DNA of 58,884 bases, the filler included, from Platydemus manokwari (Eukaryota), in assembly GCA_037951405.1 (NCBI GenBank). It is 6 parts of 6 records of this genome, joined end to end, with 100 filler letters (N's around TTAATTAATTAA, not from the genome) between each part and the next. Parts side by side here need not be neighbours in the genome. Positions count along the whole stretch, not along the records: positions 18,901 to 29,594 come from JBBMOY011112554.1; positions 29,695 to 38,438 come from JBBMOY011356760.1; positions 38,539 to 48,510 come from JBBMOY011183211.1; 3 more parts are not named here. One strand, written 5' to 3'. Shown one piece after another: positions 25,761 through 38,563 of the stretch (the first letter of the stretch is position 1; every line of letters begins with the position of its first letter). A program made the position numbers and the translations under genes. The notes under the pieces are model-generated. The model had not been told where the DNA came from and searched no databases. It saw only the letters and a program-made list of their open reading frames with translations.

Positions 25761-27542
25761 AATATTTATTTCATAATTATTTAAAATTTGTGGAGAATTT
25801 AAAAATTATTTTTAATGAATTTATATCCTTTATTATTTAAAAATTTATTGGAAAATTCAGATCTGAAGCAGTAGCTTTAATTAACGAGAGTCGAGAGTTT
25901 CTTCCTAAAGTTTAGTATTTAAAATGTAGGCACCCTTAATTGGATTTGCCCTTAATAAAGGAATAGAAGAATCAAGCACAGATTGTAGTTTTAAAAAATA
26001 AATAAAGAAGCTGTAGACAAGCAATATTCTATTATTTTATTAAATCAATGAATATCAGAACTTTCCAAATCTCTTTAAAAATCTGCTATTCAAAATCAAA
26101 ATTCGACTTTATTGGCGATGCAAAAACAACGACCGGAAATAAAAGATCCAAAAGGTGTTGAAGAAAAACAGGACAACATTAATACTAAATTGTTTAATAA
26201 GATTTTATAAAGTAGAACACCCGAAAATACTTCAAGATTAGAAATTAACTGTTAAAAGGACGTGACCAAAAGTAGAGATTGAAAGATTAAAAATCAAGAT
26301 TTTCAAATATAAAGATAAATAACATTAAATTTGTGGTTACAATTTCTCGATTTGGAAAAAATCAGTTAATTTATGGTTCAGTTGGATCCAATTTTAAATT
26401 TGCAGAATACCCGAGAACATAAAAATAATATAAATAAATATTTTAAAATGTTAGAATTAAAAATTTTTGAACCCAACAAACATATATATTTGTTTCGTTT
26501 TCTTGCTTTCCTTATATTTCATATTTGCATATTAATTCCAGTTCTAAGAAAATATTTTATCGTTTTATTTTTTTATCTAAAACTAAGCTACCCTCAAATT
26601 ATCATTTTTGTGTAAATTTATAAAAGGTCGATTTGAAATACCAATTTGATTGAAATTATTTGGATTCATTTTAAAAAATGGAATGTCATTCCATGTATTG
26701 TGTCGAATGAGTATAGAGAGAAAATTAAAGATTGAAAATGAAATGTATGAAAAGAAGAAAGCATCAATTTATAATAATTAGAAGATTAATTTTAAAAAGA
26801 AAACAATCAGTATAAAGTAAAAAATTATATTTTTTATATTTAAGGTATGGTATGAAGTACGAGTGTGTAATGATACTGATCATGGGTTTCAAATTCACTC
26901 TGAACGAATTGTGATGTGATAGATTTTATCTAATAAGATCTACAAAACTGATTTCTAGTGAACTATTGGTCATGATTACTAGTAGCTCAATCATCGATTC
27001 CCAAAAATCATTTCTATATATATGAAAAGAAATCCAATAGAAATTTGAAGTCATCTGAGACTTTGTATGGGTTCTAATACAATTCATTTTTAACTTTGTT
27101 ATTTTAATTAATGCAAAAATCGCAACAATAAGAAAATTAAAACTCATAATAAAAAAACATTTCAATATTAAAAAATTACGCAATTGATAATGAATGTTTT
27201 CAGCTAGAAATACAAAATCCAAAACCTTTTTGTCATTAAAAGAAGTTCTAAAATATAAAAAAGTTTTCCAATAATGTGTTTATATTAATCAATTATATTA
27301 TCTGTAGATGATGATAACTTGAATAAATATGAAAAGTTCAAAATTTTAATAATTGTAGTTCACTGATTAAATTTATGAAATTAAAAGAAAACTTTTTACT
27401 TTAAAAAACTTCTAAATAACTTATATGTTTCATATTAAAATATTTTTTGCTAATTAACTATTAATGTTAAATTTTCAGATTTTTGATTAACTTTTAATTA
27501 TAGAATTCTCGCTGTGTGTCTGTTATTAGAAGTGGCTCTTTA

Positions 27543-27864
27543 ATGACTGAAAAAATTCACTCCGGTCAATTTATGATTAGCAAATACGATGAAGAGTCAG
27601 ACAATGAAGATACGAAAGTTTATAATAAAACAAGAGGATACAATTTCGAACCGAGTCTTTTCAAAAAGAATTTCACATTTTCTGATGGAACAACAGAAAT
27701 GTTGGAAATTGATGAAAGTTTACAAAAGATGTTCCAATTTTTATCATTGACGATGTCCGGTAAAATTACGAATCCGAAATGGAATTCGTTCAAAGGTGTG
27801 AAATTCCATTCGAAGGATAAAATCCGATTGAACAACATTATCTGGCGAGAATATCATATGCAAT
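27543..27864 (+). CDS. mlxip: Mondo/ChREBP (MLXIP/MLXIPL) first coding exon, Mondo conserved regions I-III
   Basis: KIHSGQFMIS (IHSGHFMVS), IDESLQKMFQFLSLTMSGKITNPKWNSFKG (IDxSLTKLFECMTLAYSGKLVSPKWKNFKG), DKIRLNNIIWREYHMQ (DKIRLNNAIWRAWYIQY); donor T|GTGAGT at 27865. Confidence 0.92.
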
Positions 27865-27899
27865 GTGAGTTATTTTGGCTTTTTCCGGGGGATTTTCCC

Positions 27900-28870
27900 A
27901 TAAAATATGGCGGAAGATAATTTGGTCCATCGATTAAATAATGCCCGAACCCAGATATGCTATCGAGACGACAATATTGATTTAAATGGGGCGGGGCGAG
28001 TATTTCGTTGTAAATTCACGATGTCGAGTGGCGAATCTCATCGAAATGGAGAGAAAAATCGAAAATATCGATAAAATTATCGCGGTTTAACTGGTGCAAT
28101 GACGAATTCGAATATTTAATCTCGCCCACCACATGGTGAACACGTGATTCGTGTCGACGATGGCTGCGATGGGTTGCTTAGAGATTTGTGTTATTGATCA
28201 TTTACTGTTCTATCTTTGTGCCGAGAATCAGAAAATCGATTCCGTTGCCATGGTAAGCGATTTTCTCGTGTGAGGGGGTGCCTGGGATTTGCTTGTTTTT
28301 GGGGGGAGCACTTCTTTGTTGAGATGAATTCGGCAGAGTTTGATTTAATTTGAAAACATCTCGTTGTTGTTATGGCAACTGTTGGTCGATCTTCTGCTTC
28401 TTTGCGAATGATCTCGGCGGTGACCCTTCATTACATATTGATCGATTATCAGTGCTATCTTTGTTGACCAGCGATTTATTTATGCCCTATTACGGCTACC
28501 ATGTGCCGATTTTAATTGGTTATCACAAATTATTGGCCTACATTCAGTTGCCATGGCAATGTTGCACAAATATATCACAATGCTCGTGTTCACATGGCCG
28601 TTGATTGTGTCGATCTTCATGTTGGGCTTGCTCAATCCTTGATATTGATGTGCTGCGCTGATATTTTATGGCTTGTTTGCGTCGATAATATTGGAGAATA
28701 AATATTGATAAAATGCGTGTGGTTGGATTTTAGTTTTTGATATTTTTGGTGACGAATTCCAACCGATTGATTAATCGATCGATCGATCGATCAACCAGCC
28801 CACCATTCACTGAATGAAGGTCAGCAGACTGAATCATAATGCTATGGTTTCTATGACAACCGAACCTACA
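27900..28870. promoter_or_regulatory. CpG/GC-enriched regulatory block in the Mondo intron (YY1-like, GC box, ChoRE-like double E-box, four X-boxes)
   Basis: AATATGGCGG ~27904; GGGGCGGGGC 27988-27997; CACATG-N5-CACGTG 28130-28146; X-box-like 14-mers at 28244, 28366, 28547 and 28847. Confidence 0.5.
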
Positions 28871-29234
28871 TTTGTCGTGTGGATATACGTGCGGTTAAAT
28901 CGATATTTCGAGTATCATTTTCACAATGGGACCCAAAGGTCGAATTTGGACTCAAATCGAAAATCATTATTTTATCTTTTTATCGAATGGATTGAACGAT
29001 CAATTTATCTAAGTCTAGCGCACACCTCTCAAATATTGATTGGATCGTCATTATCAGATTTATCGATTTTATCTTCTTTACCTTAATTGAATATTTTTTA
29101 TTCATTTTGGCTACTGTTTTGATTGATTATTTGAAATTTATCGATTTTATGGATTTAGCAATGAATTGATGGAAGGTGGGGGTATTCCATTATTTGATTG
29201 ATGTTATCATTTATTGATTATGATTTTGCTGGTT

Positions 29235-29594
29235 GATGGTCACAGATATGATGGTCACAGATATGATGGTCACAGATATGATTGATGGTCACAGATATGA
29301 TAGTCACAGATATGATAGTCACAGATATGATGGTCACAGATATGATTGATGGTCAGAGATATGATGGTCACAGATATGATTGATGGTCACAGATATGATT
29401 GATGGTCACAGATATGATAGTCACAGATATGATGGTCACAGATATGATGGTCACAGATATGATTGATAGTCACATATATGATTGATGGTCACAGATATGA
29501 TAGTCACAGATATGATGGTCACAGATATGATGGTCACAGATATGATTGATGGTCAGAGATATGATGGTCACAGATATGATTGATGGTCACAGAT
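29235..29594. repeat. minisatellite, unit GATGGTCACAGATAT (15 bp) with +GATT (19 bp) and GATAGT/CAGAGA variants
   Basis: More than 20 direct tandem units running into the contig end. Confidence 0.95.
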
Positions 29595-29694
29595 NNNNNN
29601 NNNNNNNNNNNNNNNNNNNNNNNNNNNNNNNNNNNNNNTTAATTAATTAANNNNNNNNNNNNNNNNNNNNNNNNNNNNNNNNNNNNNNNNNNNN
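29595..29694. other. artificial contig linker
   Basis: N44-TTAATTAATTAA-N44. Confidence 0.98.
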
Positions 29695-29824
29695 GATATA
29701 CTTAGGTATATATTTTTATTGGATTATTAATTTTTAACTCATGCATAAATTTATATTTACTCGCCTAATTACAGCAAAATAATGACAATGAAAATAGCTT
29801 AACGTTCAAGCACAACACAAGAAA

Positions 29825-29862
<38 letters not shown>

Positions 29863-30949
29863 AGACAATTATTACTGAAAAATAAGCTATCGAAGAAATC
29901 AAATCGGATTTACAATTCCTAAAGATACTTGAATATATCATTTCAGTTAATTGTGATTACTACAACTAAATTTAAAAGGTTTTTGAAGTTGTTAAGCCTT
30001 TCATCGATTTGATGTTGCAATTTCATGCTGATTTCGAATCCCAATGTATGACTCATCCAATGAAGCAATAGAAAGATGAATATAATAATGTTTTATTTAT
30101 ATATTATTCTTCAAAGTTTAACTAATATTTGTGGAAATTATAACTTATTTAAAATTACAAAAGCACTTTTCAATAATTGGAATGAATCTGATTAGATGAT
30201 GTCAAATTTGTTATGATTGGGTGTTACAACAGCTTAATATTGTGTTTGCTACATTTTGTTGTTTAAATTCTACAAAAGTATGTGTAAATTTACCTGAGTC
30301 AGTTCGTTAATCTTGATTGCATTTGTAAACTACATCTCTAATGTAGTACAAAGATAAAGAAATTAAATGCATAAGAAAATGTTTGGCATAATTATAATTT
30401 GTTGTAATAAGAATAGTGTATGCATCTTTCTGTGTCACTGTTGGGCTGAATATCTGTTATAAATTATTTAAAAATTTTTAGTAAAAAATGGTTTTTTCGA
30501 TTCTTTTATTGTAAAAACCTTACAAAGATGGTTCTCTGTATATTATACATATGAATCCCCTATTCTATTTAAATAAAAAATGAAAACATCCAATTGTCTG
30601 TGGAACTCCCACCATCTTGAGGAGCACATTTTCTCTTCGTAGGTCGTTGGCTCTGGCTCGATCTTCTCACTCCGAACGACTTTTTGGGGGTATGTTTCCT
30701 CGGTATATTAAATTGCCCCATTTGCCTTCGTCGTCAAAAATTGTAGAGACAAAATTGCTGGATGATTTATGGTTCAACAATTTTGCAATTTTGAAAACTT
30801 TCGCTCCTGCAATGCGGATGCACAACTATTGCAGACAAATTAGTGATAAGGTTGTAAAGCCAGGTAAGTGTCTGACTATAATTCATATAAATGAAAGATT
30901 AATAATATAATCCAAATGGATGACATTAGAAAATACAAAAAGGAGTTAA

Positions 30950-31350
30950 AAGACTGTAAAAAAAACAAAATACAAAAAGATTTAAACTGAAAAATATGAA
31001 GCATGGATTAAATGGATACCCATTATTATCTGAAGATAGCGAAAATGCTAAGATGATGTATGGTCAATTTAAAGTGTTTTATAAATTAATATAGTTTCTC
31101 ACAATGTGTAATTGATGAAATAATATTTTTCTGAGAATAATTTAATTCCAACCAAATGATATAATGAAAATGTCAGACTTTAATTGACTCAGATTGTAGC
31201 AGTTGATGAGTGATTGTGTCTATAATTAAACAAAAATAATGAGTTATAATCCAAACTACCAAGATCAATTAGAGATGCTTTTCCCATCGAGACGTTGACA
31301 ATAGATTTCCTGATACCAGATAAGAATGCTGTAATCAGTTTAAGTTAAGT
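30950..31350 (+). mobile_element. possible decayed Gypsy integrase-region fragment
   Basis: AFPIETLTIDFLIPDK resembles the P.E.v.iDF integrase core start; heavily degenerate. Confidence 0.3.
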
Positions 31351-32511
31351 TTTGATACACTACATCGACATCTCCTTTTAATAATTGGTGCAATAAAAAT
31401 AAATCAAGGTATTATTTACTTCAAAGTTGAGTAGATATCTTATAGAAATACTTATTCAATCCACACATGCAATTGTTTGAACCCAAATCAATAGAGGACT
31501 CGATTAGAGAAATTATACATTATTTTCGATATAACGAAGCGCGAAATTCGATGGGGTGTGACACAAAATAGAAATTATAATTTCGAATAAATACAATATT
31601 ATTCAAGAAGCACATATTAGCAACAATTAACTGAAAAACAATATGTAATTAAAATTATTTAAACTTTATTAACTAGATGAATAGACCACTTAGGGTCTCA
31701 TTTCAACTATGGTCAAAATACACAAAGAGCAAGCAACAATGTTAACAAATACTGTGACAAGTGAAGCAATCTAATCAATTTACGCGATCAAAGGTTGACC
31801 GTAAGATTTCCATAGCCTTTTATGGATAAATTTCCCAATTTTTCTATCGGCTAGACCTATTTTCGTAAATTTTTCCTCATACTTTTAAAACCTTTACTAA
31901 ACTTCCTAATAATAAATTTTAATCTTAAGTAGATGCAGTCGTGAATTAAAAAGCTGTAGTCAGAAATTGATTATAAATCGGTGAAATTCTAGACATTTCA
32001 ACTGTAATATTTTATCAAGTATAAATATTCGATTATATTTTGGTATTAGAATGTCAGAATATTAATTTCTGTTGATTGCACATTTGGTAATTCGATTATG
32101 ACTCTAATATTATTAATTCACATCTCCATGGCAATAACGGATCGGAACAATTTTATATGGTAAATCAGATATTCTGACTACTTAAATAATTTTATCAACT
32201 TATGTTCCGCTCGACCGAGGAACAAATTGACGTTCGATTAATTTTTCAAATGTCAATAAAAATTTTTCCATCCAATATCAACGATTATTTTATCATCAAT
32301 TTGATTTACAAGCAATGAGAAAAGATTTGTCTCCATTGTTATTTTTTATGATGGTTTTCATAAATAACGAATCAAAAGCGTTTATTTGAAAATGAACAAA
32401 AAACCGAAAAAAAGTTCTCCTTCATCACAAATCAATCATTCAAGAAATAAAAAATAACTAAATTGAAGTGTATTTATGAACAATGTGAGCGTTATTATAG
32501 AATTGATTGGA

Positions 32512-34692
32512 TCATATCAATCGTTGTACGATGACAGCATTAAGTAGATTAGCATTTTGTAATGTTGCTGAATCATCAGATAAAATCTTATTCGGGAAAG
32601 TTGTCATCAGATGGAAGTTCACTGCCTGATATTGCGGATATTGGCTAAAATATTATTCGAATCAATAAACTCTATATAGCATTTAAATATAAACCAATGC
32701 CAGAAAATAAAAATGAGATCAAGTACACCAAGTTGTTGTGATAAGCATTTATATCAATAATATCCTATAGACCAGAGGTGGCCAACTTTTGTGTACGTAA
32801 GATCGACTTTTCATTTGAATAACATCTTATGCCATCGACTAAAATTGGCTTCAATATCGACCAGTTGGCCACCCTTGCTATAGACAATATCGCATATGTT
32901 AATTTATCGATTGGATGTTACAAAATCAATCACTATTTTCATCACAAAATATACAATGTTAATTCGAAAATATCGAACAATACGAAGTAATCTTAAACAT
33001 CAAATGAGACACCTGTGGTCGTTGGATCACTCCAGCGGAAATGCTCCTACATACCGACAGGACAAGTTTTGGAATCTTGCCTGTCAAAGTTATCTTAAAA
33101 TCCTATGTTTATGAAATAAATATTTGGTTTTCTGTGTTTACAAGCATTATTTGCCAATACCGGCTGATAATCCTTTCTATTCTTTACTCAAAGTATGATC
33201 TCGAATCCACTACTTAATAAAACGCTCTGATTGGTTGATTTGAACTCACGGTCAATTTCAAATCCATTATCACTTACCAATGTTTCCATGGATACCTGTT
33301 ATAATTGGATTTTCGTTCCAAATAAAGATATTGATCACAATAATATTATTTAACCATTACCGAATATCAATTACAAAAATGAGTTATTATTAAAACAAAC
33401 CTGATAATATGTTGTCTAATATCACCGACGGTATGATTGTGATTCATTCTTACCACAAGCCTAGATTAAATGGTAATAATTAATACAAGAACTGAAATCA
33501 ATATACCTATTATTATCAGCCAATCGAATTTGCAATTGAGTTATTGGTTGAGTTTCGTCAACAGAAATCGGCGAAACCAATTCTCTAGACTGAGAAACCT
33601 TGGAAGAATCGCTAATGATCTTAGGAACTGGCGATCCGAGCATTTGACCAGCACCTTGAAAAGGAACAAGTTTAGGTTTTGGAGGTGCTTTATACTCTTC
33701 CGACGAATGATCTTCCATGTTTAAATCGATTTTTGCATATTTGTATTGTTTTAATAATTCCTATAAAATAGGCAAAACAATCATTTTATCCTGGCACGAT
33801 CAGCCGACTCACATTGGGAATTTGACCAGAACTAAGGGAATTCAAAAAGGCCACATCGTTGGGATCCGTCAAAGATCGTAATTGACCATCTTCTACACTA
33901 AATCCATTGCTCCAGAATTTCACATTAACCTTTACTGGATTAGATTCGCTAGTGGTGGCACGCGCCGGCATGAGTTTTTGATTGTTTTCATCGCCAAGTC
34001 TAATATTGATTAAATAAATAATTGAAATGTTTCCAATTTCTTTAGAAAAGTAATTTGTTGATTATTAAATAGAAACCTGTATCCGCTGCCGGAAAAGATC
34101 TTGCAAGAGCCCGAAACCCCAGAATCTGGAGTATCTTCTGAAATAACTTCAGCACCATGAGTTTGAGCTGATTTGAAAAGATCTTGAAAATATTGAGATT
34201 TCTTATTTGACTTTGGTGGACCCAAAACTTGTTGCCCGCCACCTCTTTCAGATCCGCCAACATAGAAAGCTTGTCCACGCTCTTCATTTTCTTCATCAGA
34301 TCTAAGTGATACAGCTTAAAAATAGTGACAAATCATTCACAAATGTTTACTCATGATGTTTCAATGATGAAAGTGTCATAACTTTTTCGTCATTTTTAGA
34401 AGACTTGGGATTATTTTGACTAACTGCTACGTTTAAATTATTCAATCCTATATCCTTTGTTGATTCATTAGTATCAACATCTAGATCAACATCTTCATGA
34501 TCATCGACGTCATTAGCATAGTATGATAATATTGCTGCCTAATAGTTATTTCGTTCATTTATAATTATATTTCAATATAAAATAATTTACTTCAATTTCC
34601 CATTTAGCTGATTCTAGGTAGAATATTGCCACATTATTATCTGCTGCAGTTAATTCCATAAATTGTTGTATTGCTTCATCTTTATTATCCAT
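32512..34692 (-). CDS. nsfl1c: p97/VCP cofactor p47 (UBA-SEP-SHP-UBX), complete 7-exon gene
   Basis: Exons 34692-34591, 34538-34351, 34301-34077, 33999-33813, 33760-33507, 33460-33401, 32644-32512. Motifs [99 protein letters not shown]. Confidence 0.95.
32773..32877. mobile_element. 105-bp hAT (Buster/Charlie-type) MITE in p47 intron 6
   Basis: TIRs CAGAGGTGGCCAACT / AGTTGGCCACCCTTG; perfect 8-bp TSD CTATAGAC (32765-32772 and 32878-32885). Confidence 0.9.
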
Positions 34693-36599
34693 TACAAATT
34701 AAAATTCAAACTTAACAATCAGCTTGTTTGATAAATTTAAACAAAATAAAGCCATAGTAAAGTAAAAAATTCGAAAATAATCATCTTTTTAAGAAAACTC
34801 AATAAATCGATCATATGTTGCCTAGTTTTTGTAAATAACAATTTAATTTACTAACTTAATTTAATTAAGTGTATATGTAGTTGGATTTTTAAAATATATT
34901 TTAAGAAAATTGATTATAATTTATTAGAGTTGCACAGAATCAAGATTGAAATACCAATTTTAATTAAAATTAAATGTAAAACAACTTGCTTGTTAATTAT
35001 TGGTTACGCAACTTGGAAATTATTAAGGTATGAATATAAAAATATAAATAAATACTCTACTTTTAAAAAAGTGTGACTCAATATAAAGATATGAGACGAT
35101 AAGTAAATGAACAGTAAACAAATAAAGCATTAACCTATCATAGAAATTATCCAGTAACAAAAAGCAGAAGAGACTATATAAATCCAGATAAAAAATAAAA
35201 AATCGAATAGATAATTTCTTCTGGTGACTTTTTTTCAGTTCGTTTTAAATATGTGCTTACATTAATATTAAATTCAAAAGATTTACATCAATAAGTTATT
35301 GCCGTCAAACATAGCATCGAACATATAACAACCTTCTTCAAATCAATCTTCCTTGGATATGATACATCTTTCAGAGTTGATAGGCATTATTTATCAACAC
35401 TTTAGTAAAAATCTTCAGTGCACTGCAATTTCACTGCATTAATTGAATTACAATATCATATATACTATTTATTTTTATTGTTTAATTTATCATATCAGTA
35501 TTTATGGTAATAAGCAACCTTGGCATTAGTACTGGTAAAAGTCAGATATTGGTGGGTTTATTTCATTAATATAACATGTTCTAACAGCTATATAACTTAG
35601 ACATTTAAATTACCGACAAATAATTGTAGTTATTTTGAAGCATAAGAAATCATCACATTAAATTCCATCAATCCATTAAATTAAATATATTCAGGCAGAA
35701 TCAAAAATTTTTCAACTACTGTTTCTGAGGTTTAAATCTTTGCTGGACTTCATTTTCATTTACAATTCGTGGTAGACTCCAATTCATACATATGGAGTAG
35801 ACCGTTGTTAACATTTTTGCATGATATATTATTAGAACAATATTTTCCAGTATGAAACTCATAAAATTTAAATCTTAAAAGCCATATTCTTTGTTAGCTA
35901 CTTGACCTTAATTTTTTCTAATCATTAAGAATTTTTTCCAACGTAAGTAATACTCTGCATTAATCATAAATTGTCACTCGTCTCATATAATTGAAAATAT
36001 TGTTTTTCTTATTTTTGATTTTGTCAAAGTAATTTAATGTCATAATACACGATTATTTATTGTCATTTAACGATATTTTACAATTAACGAAAGCCTCTAT
36101 GAACAAGCCAAAATTGAGAAGTATTAAAAGTGTGAATTGTCTTTAGTATATCAGAAGGTACTTGATTTATGTAGAATTTGTCATTTATTTATTATCATAA
36201 ACTACCATTTGTATTTATCCATCACGAACCATAAAACCATATAAAATACTTTTAAAATAATAAATGCATAAAAATTGCAATAAATTGTATCTTTTATAGG
36301 GGAAATCAAAAATCAAAATTACAATCTGAAAGCTCTGAAAATTCGGACACAGATGAATGTCCCAAAAATTAGTTTCCTCATACTTGCAATGGAAACGGGA
36401 CAAAAACCTCGAAGTAAAGAGATAAAACGAGACCATGATTTCGAAAATAAAATAAAAATAAAAATGGAATATCGATCTTGATGTCTAAAACAATTCAACT
36501 CAGTCTACATCACAAAATTCAAAATAAATCAAAATTTCAAATCAACCAACCGTCAATGCAATCCAAAATAACATTCTGATGATCTGATCTTATTATTTA

Positions 36600-37320
36600 A
36601 TTATCCTTAGTAATTTCTGACGCGATAATAGCTAATATACGATTCCAGAAGATTCCATACCGGTAATCAAGAACCTGTTTATACCCAGTTTTCATAACTG
36701 GAAAACCGAATCATGTAAGCGTTTATTACAATCTAAAATAATATTCTAAAATTTATCATATTCTTATGTACGTAGCCGTGTCTCAATCTTGAAACGGTTT
36801 GCCCAAAATACGATGGTGTCATTTAAATCATAATCTTCTCTGCAGTTGATAAGGTTGAAATCAATCATAGCCTTAAAGTATGAAAAATTGCACTGGATGT
36901 TGTATTGTTGTATAATTGTATAATTTTATAATTGGCCGTTTAATAATATTTTTCAATTGTTTAAATCCAATTTTTGATTTTGATCAGATTCGTACAGTGC
37001 TTATAACAGTTAATAGTTAATAATTTTGTATCCAGGTAGCATTAATAATAATTTGCAGTAAATAAAATCTGTAAAAATCAATTTTATTTTTCAGCAACGT
37101 TTTTATTCAATAATTCTGGTGTTAAATATAAATAGTAAGGAAATAATTGCATCAATTGAGTTAACTTAAAGTCAAATTATAAGTTTTATCACTGTTGCCA
37201 CACCATTTGTCTTCACACAATAAGGTTGTGTGAGGCGAAGAATAAAAACATAAGGTAGATTACACCTGTGACCTTAATAAGAACTCGTTGAGGCTGGTTA
37301 AATCTGTAGTAATAATCAAT
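36600..37320 (+). repeat. decayed copy of the unknown retroelement-associated ORF repeat also at 45.1-46.7 kb
   Basis: Reverse complement of 37189-37310 aligns with 45761-45890 (ttaagg.cacaggtgtaat.taccttat...tattgtgtgaaga.aa); the ctggaaaacc block matches 45315 and 46262. Confidence 0.6.
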
Positions 37321-37365
37321 ATAAAAACCAGGATTTATGATAAACTATCTAAGAGCCAAGCGTAT

Positions 37366-37797
37366 TGTTTGGTCCTCAACAATTAATTAAACTCTTACTC
37401 CAAAATCGAAGGCAAATAATATTTTTTTCTTGTGTACTAATCAGTACACTTACACAAACTATACTGCACAAAATATCAACCAAAACTTGGCTTCCAACTG
37501 GCATCTTTACATCGATTTTTATATTTGCGACCTGTGTTTAATTTTTTGAGTCACGTATCATATTTTGATTTGATATTTGTTTTTCTATGTTCCTATTGGG
37601 TTTTTAAGTTTTTGCATGAGTGGGATTGGTCAATCTCTATGTGTGCGTTTCTGTGCGGCTATGCCCCTTTTTCCTATGATTGGTTGATTGTTATGCCTGT
37701 ATGGTTGTGCAGACATTTCAGATGTTAAAAGTGCTTAAACAAGAGTTCCAAGGTTCTATAATGGTATCTTTTGTGTGATGTTCTCCTCTACTCAACA
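37366..37797 (-). mobile_element. LTR (diverged member of the TGTTGAG...ACA family)
   Basis: Starts TGTTGAG and ends ACA on the minus strand; shares ccttggaac, gattgaccaatccca and actccaaaat blocks with the LTRs at 47496 and/or 54128. Confidence 0.7.
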
Positions 37798-38438
37798 TTA
37801 GTTAATCACAAATAAAAATATCTATTATTTTGTTAAATTCTATTTGTTACAAAGTTTTTTTATGATAATTTTATCAAAATCTTTTACCTGAAAATTCTAT
37901 CGTGTATCATTTTCCTATCCAGCTTTGCCTCAAAATAAATTTTTTAGGTAATTGGTTTTACTCCGAGAAATAGTTTGTCAACCGTTCTTTTGTTCAGAAC
38001 TTTGTTAGGGCTATTGTGCAAGGTTTAATTGTATATTACAGTTTTAAAATAACTGTTTATTGTGATTTTTATATTAATTGCAATCATTGTATTAATCAGT
38101 AAATCTTACTCTATCCAAATTTATTAATCGAGAATTTAATAAAAAAATAGGTGTCCGCGAGTTTAGTAGTATTGGGACTGATAATAAAATACTCAGGAAC
38201 ATTGTTACCGTGAGTATTATCTTTATATGGTATCGTTGGGGGAGGTGAAGGAATTAATAATAGAGCCATTTTTATTTAGATTTCTTGATTATTTTCAAAC
38301 TCCTTATTATCAAATTATTTATTAATTTTCTATATTCTGGATAAAAATCATTAATCTTTGCTAATACCAGGTTGAGTCAAAAGTTATTCATGTTTTTATG
38401 CAGGTATTTTATTAACACAAATTGTTATAACGCTGAAC

Positions 38439-38538
38439 NNNNNNNNNNNNNNNNNNNNNNNNNNNNNNNNNNNNNNNNNNNNTTAATTAATTAANNNNNN
38501 NNNNNNNNNNNNNNNNNNNNNNNNNNNNNNNNNNNNNN
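38439..38538. other. artificial contig linker
   Basis: N44-TTAATTAATTAA-N44. Confidence 0.98.
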
Positions 38539-38563
38539 TATATTATTTGAATGTGGTTTTCAG

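Noticed and set aside
28350-29086. Short ORFs in the Mondo intron
   Set aside because: No Mondo motifs (the expected next exon is absent); open only because the block is GC-richer.
29235-29594. CRISPR-like array
   Set aside because: Units abut with no unique spacers, no cas genes, eukaryotic context.
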